A DNA stretch of 64,000 bases from Eledone cirrhosa (GCA_964016885.1 OZ024747.1:46500001-46564000), one strand, 5' to 3'; positions 12,888 through 28,967 are shown, numbered from the stretch's first letter. The notes: generated by a model from the sequence alone, not told the origin. Program-made: numbers and translations.

Positions 12888-12969
12888 ATATATATATACA
12901 TACATACATACATACACACATATATATATATACATGGTGACTGCCAACTCGCTTTCGAGTACGGCCACT

Positions 12970-13998
<1,029 letters not shown>

Positions 13999-14104
13999 GC
14001 ATATATATATATACATACATACATATTATTAGGGTAAATATTGATGCAATTCAATTGAAGCACTCAACGTACTTTTTCCACATAGGAGTGACAGAGTAAA
14101 TATC

Positions 14105-14266
14105 GAATAAGGAAAAGCGAAGTAGTTTCAGATGTTCAAGTCCTTTAATAATAATGCTGTGATATATATTTCAATGACGACTGGCCAGTGTCGTCATTGA
14201 AATATATATCACAGCATTATTATTAAAGGACTTGAACATCTGAAACTACTTCGCTTTTCCTTATTC
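14105..14266. repeat. Perfect 77-bp-arm hairpin containing the 3' half of a hammerhead-like motif
   Basis: 14105-14181 is the reverse complement of 14190-14266; right arm starts gtcgtcatt-GAAA-TATATA-TC. Confidence 0.85.
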
Positions 14267-14337
14267 TACATACATACATATATATATATAGGAACATGTT
14301 CAAGACCCCGACGGCAGAGCTGAAGCCTTTTCGACGG

Positions 14338-14395
<58 letters not shown>

Positions 14396-14591
14396 TTATG
14401 CTAGGTTGTTTACCAATGGATAGAACTGGTGGTTTGGGTTGGTAATCGATGATGCAACAAATTAATTAAAGCACTCAACGTTATGCAAACCGTCCGTTGT
14501 AGATATGGTATCCAGTGGATGGTGCAGGAAAGGATTAAAGAGTTCATTAAAACAATGACAGAAGGCCGGAATAAAATTTAATTCCGCGAAA

Positions 14592-14668
14592 TCACTATAC
14601 GTATTTCGATGGCTCATGCCTAGCATCCGATTATGATGCAATACAAAGAGATTTCATCAGTTGTTATC
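14592..14668 (-). ncRNA. Type I hammerhead motif with long stem II
   Basis: Minus strand CTGATGA..tgcatc/gatgc..GAAA-TACGTA-TA; stems I and II imperfect. Confidence 0.6.
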
Positions 14669-15030
14669 TGCAGAATTATGTAACAGGATTCCGTTGAACC
14701 CAAACTTAGAATGGAAGAAGATAGGAAATAGAAAATTCGTTTCGCGAACAGCCTACACATATGCTGTTATATCAATAGCAGACGGTGCCCGAATGACACT
14801 TGATACCAGCTTTGTGGGTTAGTAGGTAAGTGTGGTAGACGGGTTAGGGTGGCCAAAAGCTGATGGAGATATATCTGTCTTAGAGAATTCCATTCCTTAA
14901 TTATAGTCGTGGCTACACTGTCGCAGAGATCAAAAGGTTGTCTGTCAGACAAGTCAGTCTACCGTGACGGTATTTAAAGGGGAACAGAGCGATGTAAAAT
15001 TTAGAAATAAAAAAAGTTATAATAATATTG

Positions 15031-15642
15031 ATTTCTTATATAGACACAAGGCCAGCAAATTATTTTTTGGGGGGAGTCGATTAAACCGACACCAGTGCGT
15101 GACTGGTACTTTATTTTATCAACCCCGTAAGGATGAAAGGTAAAGTTAACCTCGGCGGGATTTAAACTCAGACCGCAAAGGACCGTAACTCTGTGCTGCA
15201 AAGCATGGCGTCTGACGCTCTAATTGATTTCTAGCATAGGCACAAGGCCAGTAATGTGGGGGAAGGGAATGTCGATTAAATCGACCCCTGTATGTTACTA
15301 GTACTTTACTTTATCGACCCCGTAAGGATGAAAGGTAAAGTTAACCTTCACGGGATTTGACCTCATGCCGTAAAGGGCCGTAACTCTGTGCTGCAAAGCA
15401 TGGTGTCTGACGCTCTACCGATACTGCCAATCCACTGCCCTTTAGTTTTAATAATTGTTTCTACTTTTGGCACAAGGCCAGCAAATACTCAGTGCATTAC
15501 TGGTACTTTATTTTATCGACTCCCGTAAGGATGAAAGGCAAAGTTAACCTCGGCGGGATTTGAACTCAGAATGGCAAGGGCCGTAACTATCGTTCAAAGC
15601 ATGCCGTCCGACCCTCTACCGATACAGTCAATCCACCGCTTT
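15031..15642 (-). mobile_element. Three head-to-tail SINE family 1 copies
   Basis: Units ~15031-15222, 15223-15440, 15455-15640; agttataataatattg duplicated at 15015-15030 and 15643-15658. Confidence 0.85.
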
Positions 15643-16322
15643 AGTTATAATAATATTGCTTAGAAAAAAGTAGGAGTTTTAACAGGATACAGACAATTAT
15701 AAGATTGTTAGGTTCCATGAATAATAAGAATTATAAGATTAAGAAATTGTCGAAATAATGAAGTTTACTAGAAATTATAAACACTATGTGATGAATTTAT
15801 GTTAAATGAAGGCAGTTATTTTTTTACTTCTAATTTGTGTAGTTTATTTTCAACCGGCAACGTCACATATATATCTCTCTTTCTCTAAACGCATGAATAT
15901 GCCGGCAACCTGTCCAGATGAAAGACTGGATACTAAGGAGATTTACTAAGTATTTTAGAAAGAGATTCTGATACGTTGGCAAACTGTAGGTTTGTTGATC
16001 TTGTGATAGCTGGGGTATCGCGTGCTGTGAAACATTACAACGTCTACATTTTAATCATATCTCATTGTATACATTGAAGTTGTAGCGTAGACGAAACGCA
16101 GGTAATTCTCTAGCTATCTAAATGCCAGTGTCTTTCACTGTTATTTCTGATGGGAAGTTCGGTGCTAAGAAATGGTCGTTCTTGTCACTTGGAACACACA
16201 AACATGCGTTCAACTTTATATATTGAATAAAAACATATTACTTTAACCTTGTATTCATGTAGTTAGAATTGTACTTTTGTTCATGTTCATGTGTATGTGT
16301 GTGTGTGTGTGTGCATATGAGT

Positions 16323-16435
<113 letters not shown>

Positions 16436-16689
16436 TGTCTGTGTGTATGTGTGTGTATGTCCGCCCCCGCACATTTTTCTTACATATACTGTTTTGAATA
16501 CTTTAAACATTTAATCGAAAGCCGTCCTGTTGCCTTGTACATAATTCTTTTCTCTACTTTTGGAAATATACTTTGTGTAGTTTGTGTATCTATTGTCTAC
16601 ATTGTCAGTCTACACCTGGTATTGGCAATATCGATTTAATCCATAACTAGGAGACTTACATCATATTAATAAGAAAGCAGAGACGGCAT

Positions 16690-17600
16690 TATGTGACACT
16701 CCATCATTTCTCTTTCGGCAGTAGTGACGTAACCGGTGAGGAAATTTAACATCCAAGTGTTGAAACGTAATACGAATACCAAATAGAAGTTGCTTCAAAC
16801 CCCGAGGAAGTGCGTTACTGATTAGAAATGAAATAACTTTTATTAATTTTCTAGACACGTTCTTCTTAATTAAGCAACGATTCAAATTAAAAGAGAAGAT
16901 TGAACTTCTCCATTATAAAACTTCTTCAACTAAACTGTGATATTACGCCTTCCCACGAAATGTGAATTTCCAAAGGCAGTAGGTCATTTTTTTTAATACA
17001 CGATTTATACAATAGAATCAGAAAATTAGCTCTAACCAACAGTTTTACTGTCCTTTATGTGTATATCTACTTATAAATACAAATATATATGACAGGATTT
17101 AACATTGGAATATACATTGTATCGTGGGATCTATTTACGACGGACATATCACGTCATTTCACCAATACATCAAATTTCCTTTTCTACATATCAACATTTT
17201 TTTTTTTCTACGGAAATCTGACAGAAATGAAACGCTGAGTACTGCTTACTCACGCTCCTTAAACATACTTTATATCGACCAGATTTAAAACAAGTTTTGA
17301 ACGAAGAAAAGGAGGATCTCTTGTTTCTTTGGTACAGGCTACTGCCAAAAGCAAAGGAAGATCGAAACGAAACAACCTGCTTATTGTTTACAACTTTCGA
17401 TTATTTCTTCGAGTATGACTGCTTGTAAAGCAAGTCAATGGAGACATATTTACCTCATGATAATCTTCTGAACTTGCTGGAGCATGTAATGGGTGATATA
17501 ACCTTAAGTTGCTTCATTCAAACGGTGTTTCTTGTCGAAGGGCGTATTGTAAATTGCAATTGTTGGAGCTACTACGGCTGTGTATGCACACAATAGCACT
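16690..17600 (-). pseudogene. Possible highly decayed hAT transposase remnant
   Basis: Minus strand ccggttacgtca-ct-actgccgaaaga gives frameshifted PVTS-TAER (hAT C-terminal motif); rest barely recognisable. Confidence 0.25.
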
Positions 17601-17756
17601 CGACCAAGCCACCGTGCATCTAATTTGTATCTTGCTTATATTTCGGTAATCGCTGAGCGTTTCAATTTTGTTATAAAGCTACCCAATAGAAGCGAAATTC
17701 ATTATGAAAAAATGGTATAGACCAGACAAACTAATTTGAATTTGAAGGAATATAAT

Positions 17757-17859
17757 TGTTTCTACTTTAAGCACAAGGCCAGCAATTACCCAGTGCATTA
17801 CTGGTACTTCATTTTATCGACCCCGTAAGGATGAAAGGCAAAGTCAACCTCGGTGGGAT
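17757..17859 (-). mobile_element. 5'-truncated SINE family 1 copy
   Basis: TSD aggaatataat at 17746-17756 and 17860-17870. Confidence 0.85.
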
Positions 17860-18239
17860 AGGAATATAATGTCTTTGAATTACTAATTTGAATTTCAGGG
17901 AATCTGCTTTCTTTGAATTACTGGCACATTTGGCATTTTTTTGATAGTTGCTTCCCTTTAACCTTTAACCTATCTAATAATTTTGTTTATTTATAGCTAA
18001 ATTCGAAATTTCCTGCCCTTGGAGAGCGCTCGTATTATTTAAAAAAGCCTCCAATCAACTGTTGGGGTAGCCATTTTCTTTTTTATATAGCAGGCTGAAT
18101 GAGTTTGAGTGTATAATCCAACGAACCTTAAGTAGCTGTGTATATCACTGTTGTAACTAACTAGAGTTAACTCATCCTATGGACTGAGTGTTCTTCCCAT
18201 TGAATATTTCTATCAAATTTATACTAAAGTACATATACA

Positions 18240-18986
18240 TTACGTGTCCCAACGACTTTTTTTAGCCGTTGCTCGCACCAACCGGAGGTATATGGTCTTT
18301 AAAGCGATGAAATACCTATGATAGTTGGAAGATCACTGATGAAGGACAAACTTTTTTCATATGTAACCCATTTGCAACTCCGCAGCGCCCTTATTATCAT
18401 ATTTACACATATTTTTTCCTCTGCTGCTACACCGTCTTTTTCGTTCTATGTATCTTTACCCTTTCTAGCAGTCTCTCTCTCTGTTAGCCTCTTCCTCACC
18501 TCACCCTTCACTCACTCATTCTATGTCACCACCTCTCCTCCTCCTCCTCTTTCTTCCCGTTTGACCTGTGAGTAACTCTTTTCTCTCACATTCTCGGCCA
18601 AGCTGGTCGGAATTTTTTCTCTCTCTCGTCTACGATTTCACAGAACTTATGTTTACCGAATTCGCAGACCTGACCCCTTCTTCCTCCCGTTAGACCTGTG
18701 CGAAATTCCTTCCTTGCTCACATTTCAACCAGGTTTGATGGTCTTTATTCTCTCGTTCACGATTTCACCGAACTTAAATTCATAGAAATCTGGGACTTGT
18801 TTCCTCCTTCCTCACTTTCTGTTGCCTCACCATTTTGTTTGTTTACCCTCGCGTCCCCTTTATTTACGTGTCCCAACGACTTTTTTTAGCCGTTGCTCGC
18901 ACCAACCGGAGGTATATGGTCTTTAAAGCGATGAAATACCTATGATAGTTGGAAGATCACTGATGAAGGACAAACTTTTTTCATAT
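18240..18986 (+). mobile_element. Terminally redundant non-coding element (624-bp unit, ~123-bp direct repeat)
   Basis: 18240-18362 repeated at 18864-18986; same 3' end as 11537-12209, running into (AT)n. Confidence 0.85.
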
Positions 18987-19149
18987 ATATATATATAATG
19001 TAGGAGGTGAGTTTTATTGTACCACAGTAGAGCAATGCAAATATCGGATAAGTAGCACTCAACAGTTTATAGGACTGGAGTATAAATAATATGTTGATTT
19101 AACACTTCACTGCTCGCAAGTGCTTTTTAAGCTTCATATCATGTCTCCC

Positions 19150-19220
19150 TATTTTATCTGATGAGAACGCAAATATCATCCTATGATGATATTTGTTTTT
19201 GAAATGCGCATAATAAAATA
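19150..19220 (+). ncRNA. Type I hammerhead ribozyme motif
   Basis: TATTTTAT-CTGATGA-[GCAAATATCATC/GATGATATTTGT stem]-GAAA-TGCGCA-TA-ATAAAATA. Confidence 0.85.
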
Positions 19221-19255
19221 CATGGAACTCTTTTAACCATCTTTTGATTTTATAT

Positions 19256-19306
<51 letters not shown>

Positions 19307-19330
19307 TTATATATACGTATGTATATGGTG

Positions 19331-19395
<65 letters not shown>

Positions 19396-19431
19396 GTGTG
19401 TGTGTGTGTGTATGTATGTATCTATGTGGTG

Positions 19432-19530
<99 letters not shown>

Positions 19531-20047
19531 TGTTGTGTGTGTGTCGTGGGGATGTCGTTTCTGTAATACATTGATCAACAGTCAAAGAAGTCTTATTTGG
19601 AAAGTAGTTGTAGAGATCGCTTTTGTGCAATCCAATGACTTTTCTCTATTTTTATAGTAAATTGCAAAATCAATCCTGAGAGATCGATTTACTCGCGACC
19701 AACACTAAGTTAATCGGTACAATGGAAGAAGAAGAAGAAGAAGAAAAAGAAAAAGAAAAAGAAAAAGAAAAAGAAAAAGAAGAAGAAGAAGAAATACGTC
19801 GTGCTAGTAGCAGCATATGGCTATGAAGGGAGACAAGGAGAAGAACATTCCAAGGAGATGGGGTGATGGCGAAGGTGTATCTCCCGATGTTTTGAAAGCA
19901 TGCTCTGTGTATTCCCTCATACTCTCCCATTCAACGGGTAAATAACATCAATAATTATTTTCTTTTCACATGACATTTTTTTTTTTTATCATTGGCTTCC
20001 TTTTGTTTTTAATCGAAGACATCTTGCTTGCTTTTATGTGAAACGAG

Positions 20048-20079
<32 letters not shown>

Positions 20080-20080
20080 C

Positions 20081-20161
<81 letters not shown>

Positions 20162-20165
20162 CCTC

Positions 20166-20210
<45 letters not shown>

Positions 20211-20349
20211 ATGTATGTGTTTGTGTGTGTGTGTGTATGTGTATGTGTTTGTGTGTGTGCATGTGTGTGTGTGTGTGTGTATTAACGCTTATGTGAATAT
20301 TTGTATAGTTCTAATCATATTAGCTTAGCTCCCTTTGTTTTTACTCTAT

Positions 20350-20404
<55 letters not shown>

Positions 20405-20629
20405 ATATGTATATGTATATATATGCATACACACACACACACATATATATATATACAAGTATATACACATGTATATGTGTATGTGTGTGTGTAAGTGAGC
20501 GAAAGTTCATGCTTGTGCACATGTATGGGTGCATGTACATATGTTTGTGGTGTCGATATGTGTTTACTTCTTCTTGGGAAGCTATTTCAACAATACACTA
20601 TATGGCCTGAATTGTTTGTCGTTAAAAAG

Positions 20630-20681
<52 letters not shown>

Positions 20682-21737
20682 TTTCTTTTATTTTTATCTC
20701 GAAATAGAATATAAGTATAGCAAAAGGAGCGAAGCAAGAGTGTTTATTTATTGTATTTTCAATGAGATTCTATATTTTTTTTTAATTCGTAAAAGACCAA
20801 AATATATAAAGATGGATAGATTGTTTAAGAGACAGAGAGTGAAAGCCGTAGAGAGACTGAGATAGGCAGAGTACCGTTGATTGTAAGAAGCTTAAAGAAC
20901 GATGGATGGAATAGTAGTTTTTATCGGGAAATCTTTCCAGAAAAATAATAGAAACTGAAGAGAGTTGATAAGTCTGGCAAACTTTTCTAGCCGTCAGATG
21001 ATAGTTCGTTATTCTTATTCGATACTATAGAGATTACCACTTTTTTCTCTTTTCTTTTTATTCTCTTGCTCTCGTTTCTTTCTTTCTTTTTCTCTATCTC
21101 ATTATTTCTCTTTCCCCCCTCTCTTTCTTTTTCATATATTTCACTCTTCTAAAACAAACTCCATCATCACCCGCCTCAGCCTTTAAGCGTAGAAGACATT
21201 TCTATAGTGAGTATATATATATTGACGGCGTCAGAAAGATTTTCGCAAATATGGCAAAAATATCGCGGCGTAACTACGTCATGATATCTTATTTAACAGT
21301 GGAATAATGGAAGGAAAGGAAAGAAAGAAAAAAAAACGAAAGAAAGAAAAAAAAGAAAGAAAGAAAGAAAGAAAAAAAAGAAAAAAAAGAAAAAAGAAAA
21401 GGAAAGAAAGTAAGAAAGAAAGCATAAGAAAACCAACAAAATTCATTGATCAATGTATTGATGGTGTTGGAGACAGAGATATCTAGGTATTGTTGTAAAT
21501 GATATTATATGCGAATTTTGATAGGGGTTTTGTTGTTGTTGATTGTAAATCGACATCTCATTCAATACGCAATCGAATCGCTCTGGGTTTCTTGAAGATT
21601 TCAATAACAACAACATTTTTCGTATGTATGTGTACGTGCGTGGGTGTGGTTTTTAAGAATGCTAATGTGTAGGTCTGTAAATGTGTGTATATATATATAT
21701 ATATATGTATATGTGAGTATATATATACATTTATGCG

Positions 21738-21771
<34 letters not shown>

Positions 21772-21813
21772 CCTGTGTGTGAGTGTATGTGTTTGAAAGA
21801 GAGAGAGAGAGGG

Positions 21814-21889
<76 letters not shown>

Positions 21890-22189
21890 TGTGTCTTGCA
21901 GCTCAGCATGCTGGATATATCATTCGAGACTGTCTGAGACTGTCCTGATGGCAGATGCTGACAGCCAAATAATCTCAAGTTATTTCAGGGATGAACAACA
22001 AGAATTGAAAGAAAGAAGGAAGAGAAATGAATAAAGACAGAATGAAAAGAAGGAGCAATGAATGAGTGAATAAAGGAAAAAAAGAAAAAGGGAAAAAGTA
22101 AATGCCAAATAAAAAGAAATGTAAATAAATATAATCAAAGCATGCAAAACACTGCCCATCAAAAATATGAAAAGGGGGATATATGCATG

Positions 22190-22229
<40 letters not shown>

Positions 22230-22232
22230 CAT

Positions 22233-22276
<44 letters not shown>

Positions 22277-22576
22277 GCACACACACATATATATATATAT
22301 ATATACAGATATGTGCATATATGTATGTATGTATATTTTTATATGTATATATATGTGTGTGTGTATGTGTGTGTGTGTGTGTTTCCTTTTCTCACTAGTC
22401 AGTTCTTTCGTTGCTACAGATCACGACGCAGCTGAATTAGCGGTCACTATTTTCAATTTGCAAAGCCCTTTAAACTATGTTATTACTCTCAGCTCTATAC
22501 CTTGTCGAGTGCTTGGCTCCACTGCTGAAGGCATTCATTGGCTTAGCTGCTGATTGAACTTCGAATAAGCTGTACT

Positions 22577-22666
<90 letters not shown>

Positions 22667-23030
22667 ATGTATCATTGATACACTTACTCAAAATGACCTC
22701 CCACTACCTAATTTTCTATATTTATATATGTATCTATCTCTATTTCCTCTCTCTCTCTATATATATATATATCTCTTTCTGTCTCTTTACATGAAGCTCT
22801 TCGCTTTATCTATTTTTCCATCTCTCTATTTTGTCCCATGCATTTCTTCTTTTTCTTTTTCTTCTTTTTCTTCCTTTTCTTCGTTTTGTCTTTCTTTCTT
22901 TCCTATTTCCCTCTTTTCTCTCTCTCTTTCTTTCTCTCTGTATTTTCACTGCTAGAGTGAACCTCTTCAAATGAAGTTGATGTTTATTACGGTATGTCGA
23001 ATATATTTATCTATAAAACTGTTTATATTG

Positions 23031-23096
23031 TATTTTGTCTGATGAAGGCATAGCATATTGTTAATATGATATCCCCGAAATATATATAATGAAATA
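23031..23096 (+). ncRNA. Type I hammerhead ribozyme motif
   Basis: TATTTTGT-CTGATGA-aGGcATAgCATATT/AATATGaTATcCCc-GAAA-TATATA-TA-ATGAAATA; element ends in (TA)n at ~23140. Confidence 0.8.
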
Positions 23097-23160
23097 GATA
23101 TGGTTTTATAAATATAGTTTTCCATTTATTTAATATTGTATATATATATATATATATATT

Positions 23161-23342
23161 ACGTTATTCCGGGTTGAATCGGAGGTAACCACAGTAAGTA
23201 GGGTACTCAATACATTGCAGAGTATAAAAGTTTTAATATAGATGAGATTCTACAGGACTAGAACTGTTTCATTCTTTAGAAATCATCAGGAATTCCTGAT
23301 GATTTCTAAAGAATGAAACAGTTCTAGTCCTGTAGAATCTCA

Positions 23343-23349
<7 letters not shown>
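23161..23349. mobile_element. Foldback element family E: zero-loop palindrome plus tail
   Basis: 57-bp arms 23236-23292/23293-23349 centred on GAATTC; arm has CTGATGA-tTTC-taaa-GAAt-GAAAC-AGTTC; relatives at 38650-38745 and 63244-63435. Confidence 0.85.
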
Positions 23350-23378
<29 letters not shown>

Positions 23379-23945
23379 CAGTTAATTTTATTGATTTTTT
23401 TCAGTTACATATATTGACTGTTGAATGGCTCTGTTATATTTAACCATTCTGTTGAGAGCTTTAATTCGATTTGTGATATTTTGCATTCTCGCAATAATAC
23501 ACAACTGAATCATTCGCTTAATAGAGGTGTTACCTCCCTTGCTGAATCCCACGAGGGGTCAGTAATAGCTACACTATCTATAGCATATTGGAGCAAAACC
23601 CGTTGAAAACACGACTGCCTTGTTCATCATCTCACCAGAAGCCCAACATTCTTTATGTAGGCGGACAGTACCTGATTTGGAGTCGCAGAAACCAATACTG
23701 GATTTTACCATCAGTCCAGGGTCCGGGAAAGTATCAACACATATATTTTTATTGTTTGACCCTAATTACTTGGTCGTTTTGATTTTGGCTATGCGGATGA
23801 TATGTTTAACCATCATCTCAGTGTGTTTGGCCCTTAACGTATGTTGTAGCTCTGATTCATATGATTCATCGAGCGCTTGCCACATATCGGACGTTGATTT
23901 TCGTTAATTCCTGAGCTGAAAACGATTCTCGCCAATTTATATTTG

Positions 23946-23996
<51 letters not shown>

Positions 23997-24147
23997 TTAA
24001 ATTTGGTGGTCCGCGACTGTGTAGAATTGGTCATTCTACAATGTTAATCTTGATGCAATAGTAACAAAGACTTCGACGATACGTAGTGTTTGCAGGAATA
24101 AACAATTAAGGGAATTTAATCTGTCCGGCCCCCTGTCATTTTACTTC

Positions 24148-24200
<53 letters not shown>

Positions 24201-24206
<6 letters not shown>

Positions 24207-24526
24207 GGATTACAATGGAGAATACATACTGTTAGAACATGTTTATACAAAAGCACCTACGTACATTTCGCCCGAACAGGGCTTCTCAAGGGCATACAAA
24301 TCTAGAGAGTGTTCAGGGGGTTTTACAGTGATAGTCACATCAAAGTCCATTCTTTTCAAGAATGAACATTGATGCGACTATTATTGTAAAACCCCTTCTG
24401 GGTTCTGCACTGAACACTCTCTAGATTTGTATGCCCTTGAGAAGCCCTGTTCGGGCGAAATGTACGTAGGTGCTTTTGTATAAACATGTTCTAACAGTAT
24501 GTATTCTCCTTTGTAATCCTTTCATT
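24201..24526. mobile_element. Foldback element with variant hammerhead in each arm
   Basis: 24201-~24350 pairs with ~24365-24526; left arm abuts (TA)n, right arm continues as unpaired tail. Confidence 0.85.
24433..24473 (+). ncRNA. Hammerhead motif with U3-A8 core variant
   Basis: gccc-TTGAGAA-GCCC-tgttc-GGGC-GAAA-TGTACG-TA-ggtgc. Confidence 0.7.
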
Positions 24527-24682
24527 TGTTACTGCTCTGCTTATATTCTCGCCCGCTAAATGTTAAGCTTCCGATATCTTACCCTGTAGGCACAAGTATT
24601 GAGCACAAATGCACCAGCTTTTGGCAATTAACTATATATCACTTATCCCTTTAAACCTCTACTCTTTCGCGATACTAAAATA

Positions 24683-24797
<115 letters not shown>

Positions 24798-25879
24798 CTC
24801 ATCACTAGAACAGCAGTTAAAACACCCAAATGCTGTCAAAGACAGCGGTGGGCAAAAGTGTCTCAGGGGACAGAGACTAGCGGTCAGGGGTCGTCAGAGA
24901 AACAATCCATGAGGTGGGAGATAGACAGATGAAATATAGAAATGATTGAAAGAGGAGGAGGACAAAGAGATGCGTGTTGGTTCATAAACGTGAGTGGAAG
25001 AGGGAAATAAAGAAAGGCGATATACATAACAAGTTCACATACACACACACATATACATCTTCACCCTCATCAGCTCTCAGACCAGGAAAATAGTTTCGCA
25101 CGATTTAATTGACACTACTATTTTAGAATGCTGGATCGTGCAACAGAAAAATAAATCTTTTTGCTTGTATGATGTGTGTGTGTGATAAAACTAACAGCAA
25201 AAACAAATGTCTGTATTTTTCTTCCCCCTTTCTCTTTCATTCTTTAAGTATATATGTGTTCTGTTTTCATCAAGATAACAGATTAAAAAGTAGATTTGGG
25301 AATTTCGTTTTCCATTCCATTGTGGCCATTATTTGTGTAGTTACCTATACGTTAAATTTCTCATTTTATGTATCGTAGGGAGAGCATAAATATAAGTTGG
25401 TATCAGTACCTTGTTTATTGACACCCTGTCAATTTGATGACCATATAGCGTCGGCGACCGTCCGATGTTTAATTTACCGCAAGTACTTTTTTCAAACATT
25501 ATGTGACAGTTGACACAACAAACAAGGAAAAAGTAAGAACAATTTTGTAGAGGCCAGTCATTACAAGTGGAATAACTATGAAGCTCAACATTTGTTATTT
25601 CCAAATTACTGATGAGGTAGTTTTACAGATGAGTAACAGACAAATCAATATCTATAGTTTTTATTTTTCTGTCTATGAATTTTGAATGACAAGACAAAAT
25701 GACTAGAAATATTTTTTCCGTTTATTTTACCTCAAATACTACTACCATGACCATACATTTTATATGTAGTACTGTTTATATAAATGCTTGGTTAACCCCC
25801 TCACTCGCAATGGATTTATATTCCTGCAGAAATTGATGTTTTTATTTCTTATATATATATATATATATATATGTATAAT

Positions 25880-26128
25880 CATACACAAAACGCGAGCATC
25901 AACAGTTTTCCAAGAGATGTCAACATGAATGGCCCTGTTATTTTTATCTAAAGACATTTTTTCCAGTTCCACCCCGCCTGTCCCTTCAATCTATCTTATT
26001 TCTCATTATTTCTTCTGATGAAGGACTAGCGTCCGAAACGTTAAGACCCTATTTCTACTATTTCAAGTGTTAACCTAATACATTCCTTCCATATACTGTA
26101 TCGATTGTGTTATGCCTGTTTACCTTTT
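25880..26128 (+). mobile_element. Solo PLE pLTR-like segment with hammerhead at 26011-26046
   Basis: TCTT-CTGATGA-A-GGAC-tagc-GTCC-GAAAC-GTT-AAGA; closely matches 41465-41718. Confidence 0.85.
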
Positions 26129-26137
26129 ACACACACA

Positions 26138-26231
<94 letters not shown>

Positions 26232-26321
26232 CAAAGATTAATATGGTTCGTTGATTATTCAACTGCCAATACTGGAATTGAATAATCAAAACCGTAGCGG
26301 TATGTCGCATATCAAATCTTA

Positions 26322-26384
26322 TATTTTGTCTGATGAAAAGGTACATAAACAACATTGTACCTTTGAAATATGTATAATAAAATA
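26322..26384 (+). ncRNA. Type I hammerhead ribozyme motif
   Basis: TATTTTGT-CTGATGA-AAAGGTACA/TGTACCTTT-GAAA-TATGTA-TA-ATAAAATA. Confidence 0.85.
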
Positions 26385-26427
26385 TATATTTTGATTATGA
26401 GAATATTTTTCATTTATTAATATTTTG

Positions 26428-26525
<98 letters not shown>

Positions 26526-26942
26526 AGGGTTGACGGACCCAGCAATTTATCAATGCCAGTACCGGTTGTATCTCAGCGCACTCCATGGGAAATGTAAGAT
26601 ACATTCCCGGAGTATACACAAAGTTATTTGCTTCAACACAACACACGTAAAACAGGTGCCTATAAGGTTTCCGGACTCGAGTTTCTGCCGCACTAATGCA
26701 GCAGTAAGGTACACTGCACCATTTGTCTGCATATATATATATATATATATATTTAATTTGCAAGGTTTTTGATATGCAATCGTGTGTTGAAACAAATATT
26801 GTTGTATTTGGGGAGGACCATGCTGTTATAATATTGGCAGAAATATATAATGAAACACACTCACACCCAAACCAAATAGTGTGTGTCTTTTATTATACAT
26901 TTCTCGCACTATTGTAACAACATGACTCTCCTCAAATATAAT

Positions 26943-27129
26943 AATTGTTTCTACTTTTGGCACAAGGCCAGCAATTATCCCAGTGCATTGCTGTTACTTT
27001 ATTTTATCGACCCCGTAAGGATGAAAGGCAAAGTTAACCTCGGCGGGATTAAATTCAGACCGTAAAGGACCGTAACTCTATGCTGCAAAGAATGGCGTCA
27101 GACCCTCTACCGATATTACCAATCGACTG
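26943..27129 (-). mobile_element. SINE family 1 copy with 15-bp TSD
   Basis: TSD ctcctcaaatataat at 26928-26942 and 27130-27144. Confidence 0.85.
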
Positions 27130-27438
27130 CTCCTCAAATATAATCTCTATATATATATAGTAGAATAATCGAGAATCGGAATATCGGCCCACGAAATCAC
27201 GATAAACAATATCCGACATGTGTGGCAGAGGGCTCAATAATTTGGATAAATCAGAGCTATAACTATCGTCAAAATACCAACACAAAGAGATCATGCCTAA
27301 AATCACCCGTGCAGTCGAAAAAGAACGACCAGGAAGGTTCGGGTCACTCAAATAAAATATCAATAAATTAATAAATGAAATGAATGTACATATATACGTG
27401 TGTGTGTGTGTGTGTGTATGTGTGTGTGTGTGTGTGTC

Positions 27439-27474
<36 letters not shown>

Positions 27475-27946
27475 TGTATGCGTGCGATTATTTAGGAAAG
27501 GAAACAGAATAAGGATGGAGGATGGATGAGAGACGGATAAGTTTAGGTAGATTGCATCATTGTAAGCACCAATGCAAAAACAATTAACAAGATATCATCC
27601 ACACTGTCTTTACAAGAAGCCTTTGCGTATTCATTTGGTTGACCTGCGTAGGAAAATATTCGGTTACGCTTCAAATGTCCCAGACATAACGACTGAGCGA
27701 CCACGATTTCACTAGGATTTCAGTGTAATTGTTGCAGATAATATACAGTGATTTATTGAGATGTGAGTAGCTCATAGAAAGGGAAAGGAGGAACTGAGTT
27801 AATGAGTTGTTAACAAGTAATATTTGAGCTGGTGTTAAATACTTTTATACATCGTAAGCACTTAATTCATAACTACTGTCTGGCCGATCATTTAAATACT
27901 CACAAAAACCAAACTCACGTATATCATGGACAAATATATGCATATA

Positions 27947-28007
<61 letters not shown>

Positions 28008-28014
28008 TAAAATA

Positions 28015-28045
<31 letters not shown>

Positions 28046-28140
28046 TTATTAAAATAATATATATATATATATATATGCATATATATATATATATAGAGAG
28101 AAATAGTGACATAGAAAGGTATATTTATATATACATATAA

Positions 28141-28231
<91 letters not shown>

Positions 28232-28758
28232 TATATAACGATAAATTAACGGACCCAAAGACTCTCACTATTCCCTGTCAGTAATGTGCTCAAAGGAGAA
28301 GGAATCCCGAGCTCTTTAAAATACAATATGTTGAAAAGGTAACACACTAGAGAGAGATAGTGCGCCATCAATCAAACTGGGGAAAAACCATCACTGTATG
28401 GAATCTATAACCCATGGAAGGCAGAGTAGACACACGATAATTAAAAGTATAAATTAAAGTGTAAATACATACCTCGATAACTATCTAACACACACGTACA
28501 AATCCAAAGAGATCTGTTGCGCCAAATAAGTTGTTGACAGAAATAAATAGCCCATGGTTCATCAGCGTGTGTAAGGCTATACATTTCAGACAACTCTAAA
28601 AGAATCTAAAGCGACTGTCCAGCCACACGTGGGAGAGAGAATTCACAGCGTGATTAGGGCAGTAACCAGTGGTGACTGAGGGACGAGCTGCTAGAAAGGG
28701 CAGCCCAAACCACTCAGAGAAGTGTGCTCAACCAAACAGAGAGAGAAAGGAAAGACTG

Positions 28759-28798
<40 letters not shown>

Positions 28799-28929
28799 GT
28801 GAGGTTTTTTTTACAAAATGAAAAATAACCGAGGTGTCCTAAACGAGTGGAAGTATAAAGAAAAAGGGATGAAATCGAAAATGCAACTGAAGTCTTATTT
28901 TTTTTTTAAATATATATATTTATTTGGTT

Positions 28930-28967
28930 CCTTTACCGGTTTCGCAGTTCTTCTGCTTTTCAAAAGG
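28930..28967 (-). ncRNA. Hammerhead motif with U3-A8 core variant (family K, element ~28790-29010)
   Basis: Minus strand CCTT-TTGAAAA-GCAG-aagaa-CTGC-GAAA-CCGG-TA-AAGG; all three stems intact. Confidence 0.75.
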
